NCBI GenBank assembly: GCA_964598145.1 | Contig: CAZRAM010000010.1 | Coordinates: forward strand, 3,824-67,823 | Length of the DNA: 64,000 nucleotides | Direction of reading: 5' to 3' | Origin: an uncultured Pseudomonadales bacterium | GTDB taxonomy: Bacteria; Pseudomonadota; Gammaproteobacteria; Pseudomonadales; JAHEIH01 | Part shown: piece by piece, positions 61,872 through 64,000 of the stretch | How positions within the stretch are numbered: the first letter of the stretch is position 1 | Layout: every line of letters starts with the position of its first letter | The notes under the pieces: generated by a model | Databases searched by the model: none | The model's input: only the letters and a program-made list of their open reading frames with translations | What the model was told of the DNA's origin: nothing | Position numbers and translations under genes: made by a program

Positions 61872-63449
61872 TTACTCGAAGCGGTATTGGTTGAGGTTCA
61901 TGTTGACGTCGAAGTAGCGAATTGTGCCATCGCTATCGCAGTTTTCAGCGTTTAGTTCGCTGGCGTTGATCTCGGCCCAAGCACCGAAAACACAGAGGAA
62001 TTTCATGAGCGAAATCCGCTCTCCCATGTGTTCTGGCGGAGTGTAGGCAGGGTAGAACAAGAGCGGCACACGTAGAGATTCGACGTCGGGGACTTTTCGG
62101 ACATCGTGCTTAAAGGCCATCGGGCCGCTCGGTTTTCCGAGGCCGTGATCCGCGAAGAACACGTAACGCCCCCCTAGTGTGCTAATGCTGTTGATGATGT
62201 CGCGCTGCAATTGGTCGGTGTAACGCACGCTGTTGTCGTACTGGTCGAGCAGAGGGTTGTCGCTGCCAGTAAAATGCTCGGCCTCGCGAGGGTAGCGATC
62301 AACAAAGCTGGGGTGGGAGCCGTAAAAATGCAGCACAAACAAGTTTTTACCTTGTAAGTTGACCATATTGGGGTCGTGCAGAAGGCTAGTAAATTTCTCA
62401 ACCACAACGCTATCGTATTGCTCGCCGCCCTCTTGGTCACTCATAAAGAAGTCGGCGTCTGACTGCTTGGCAAGTGCACTCACCACAAAGTCCCACTCCG
62501 AAAATTGGCCTTGGTTCGAGATCCAGAAGGTTTTGTAGCCGGCGTCCTTGGCTAAATTCACCAGCGACTGACTCGGATCGGCAATACTGCCGAGACCGGT
62601 CAATGTGGTGGGTATCGAACTCCAGGTGTTGGTTCCGGCTGAGAAGACATCGTTAATAGCACTAATCTGATCTGCGAGGGCGTCCAGTTGCGGCGTGGTG
62701 TCACGGTAATAGCCGTACAAGCCTAGATGATTGGCGCTCAATGATTCACCAATGGCGACCACGATGAGATCGCTATCGCGGTTAGAAACGACGTTTGTCC
62801 ACGAAGACCCCAGCTGGCTCTTTGCGCGCGACACGCTGAACGACAGGGCATCGAAGGCGCCTTTAAACATTTCCAGCGGAGGGCTTTTAAATGCGGGGGT
62901 GTTGTCTAGCACGATTTGGGTGATTTCCATGGGTTTAGAAAATCCCTTGGCGCGTGCTTCTTGTTGTTCAATATCGAAACGTTCCGGATGAATAAAAGGA
63001 TGGATGCTGGCTGGGACAACGATGTACACAAAAGCGAAAACTGTCGCCAGGGCATCTAGGTGGCGTTGACGTTTAGGTTGCAAGAGGAAGGCGGCAAGTG
63101 CCATCGTACCCGCCAGCAACATGCTCAGGTAATTGGTACGGATAAAATCCCAGCTTTCATAAGTTGTGGCGCCGACAATACTAAAAACTACCGCTAATGA
63201 GATATTGGAGTGGTAGGTGAGCGCAAGCAAAACGGTGCTGTATATGGATAGCGACAACAAGGCTCGAATTGGCCACCAACGGCCAATGGATACCCATAGG
63301 CCATAGCCTAACGCTGTGTTCAGGCACACGCGAACGACGCTTTTTAATAGGCTATCTTCCGCAAACGGGGTAAACGCAACAATGATGACGTTGACCGCGA
63401 TGAGCAAACTTATCAGCGCAGTATTTGAAATGTAGGAGCGTTCTGTCAT
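61872..63449 (-). CDS. Phosphoethanolamine transferase (EptA/OpgE sulfatase-like family)
   Basis: N-terminal TM segments; IGES, YGYYRDTTP, GTNT, HFYGSH, YDNS, ADHG. Confidence 0.85.
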   Translation of the reverse strand: MTERSYISNTALISLLIAVNVIIVAFTPFAEDSLLKSVVRVCLNTALGYGLWVSIGRWWPIRALLSLSIYSTVLLALTYHSNISLAVVFSIVGATTYESWDFIRTNYLSMLLAGTMALAAFLLQPKRQRHLDALATVFAFVYIVVPASIHPFIHPERFDIEQQEARAKGFSKPMEITQIVLDNTPAFKSPPLEMFKGAFDALSFSVSRAKSQLGSSWTNVVSNRDSDLIVVAIGESLSANHLGLYGYYRDTTPQLDALADQISAINDVFSAGTNTWSSIPTTLTGLGSIADPSQSLVNLAKDAGYKTFWISNQGQFSEWDFVVSALAKQSDADFFMSDQEGGEQYDSVVVEKFTSLLHDPNMVNLQGKNLFVLHFYGSHPSFVDRYPREAEHFTGSDNPLLDQYDNSVRYTDQLQRDIINSISTLGGRYVFFADHGLGKPSGPMAFKHDVRKVPDVESLRVPLLFYPAYTPPEHMGERISLMKFLCVFGAWAEINASELNAENCDSDGTIRYFDVNMNLNQYRFE

Positions 63450-63590
63450 GGGATCTGTGTGGTTCTTTTTTATGCATGTTGCAAGATTGCAACAAATTTT
63501 GGTCGAGTATAGGTGGCAATATGGCATCGTGCAAAGGATGTTGTGGTCGTGCTAGAGTTGTACCAGTCAATTTTTCATGGAAGCACTGCG

Positions 63591-64000
63591 ATGATAAAAC
63601 CCCTTCTTACCTTGGTTCTGCTATACGCAGCGGCAATGAGCGCCCACGCCGCTGAGCCGTTTTCAACCGGCCCTTTTATCAAAGACTTCGGCCCAACCTT
63701 TGATCAGGTGGTGCAAACTAATCCGTTGTCGGGTGAAGAGCGTTTCAAAGTCGCCTTTGATGTTGCTGTGCAGGGCACCAGTGAGTCGCCTAATCGACAG
63801 TTTGTGAGTGCCGCGCGCTTTTTAAATATGCATGTTAAAGCAGGGGTGCCTGCGGAAAATATCCAGTTGGCCATCGTGGTGCACGGTAAGGCCAGCCTCG
63901 ATTTGCTGCGCGATGAGGTTTACGACGAGAAGTTCTTGGTCGACAACCCCAATAGCGCGCTCTTAAAGGCGCTGATGGACAAGGGGGTGCAGGTGGCCAT
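63591..64000 (+). CDS. Secreted DsrE-family protein (runs off the window end)
   Basis: Translated by hand: signal peptide MIKPLLTLVLLYAAAMSAHA, FKVAFDVA, SAARFLNMH, LAIVVHGKA. Confidence 0.7.
   Translation, partial: MIKPLLTLVLLYAAAMSAHAAEPFSTGPFIKDFGPTFDQVVQTNPLSGEERFKVAFDVAVQGTSESPNRQFVSAARFLNMHVKAGVPAENIQLAIVVHGKASLDLLRDEVYDEKFLVDNPNSALLKALMDKGVQVA

Overview
Chromosomal window from a (probably marine) gammaproteobacterium. The housekeeping backbone runs: rep, comM, ubiK, an NtrC/sigma54 nitrogen cluster (TorF-like porin-glnK-amtB converging on glnA-glnL-glnG), typA, dtd, cinA, ppk1/ppx, tatD, a csdA-csdE fusion, tcdA, cysE, modABC, comF, an acyl-CoA dehydrogenase, trkH and a tyrosine catabolic cluster (hppD-fahA-VOC-maiA). 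The main accessory feature is a ~16.6 kb island (about 32443-49020) inserted inside the conserved NSYENRVY motif of the host srkA (yihE/rdoA) kinase gene. Both halves of srkA are visible and rejoin in frame. The island has a four-gene tyrosine recombinase module of GInt (ginABCD) / SE (intA-tfp-intB-srap) type at one end and a divergent full-length srkA at the other. Between them lie a small tyrosine recombinase with a family of degenerate ~16-bp motifs bracketing the cargo, a RelBE-like TA pair, an IS3 remnant, an RND pump, an IS5, a Cys-motif hypothetical protein and a frameshifted receiver gene. Two REP/REPIN-like clusters with co-varying stems lie between convergent genes. The tyrosine cluster has no hmgA but carries a VOC-fold protein that may replace it. 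Products were assigned by eye from motifs and gene context; no searches were run.
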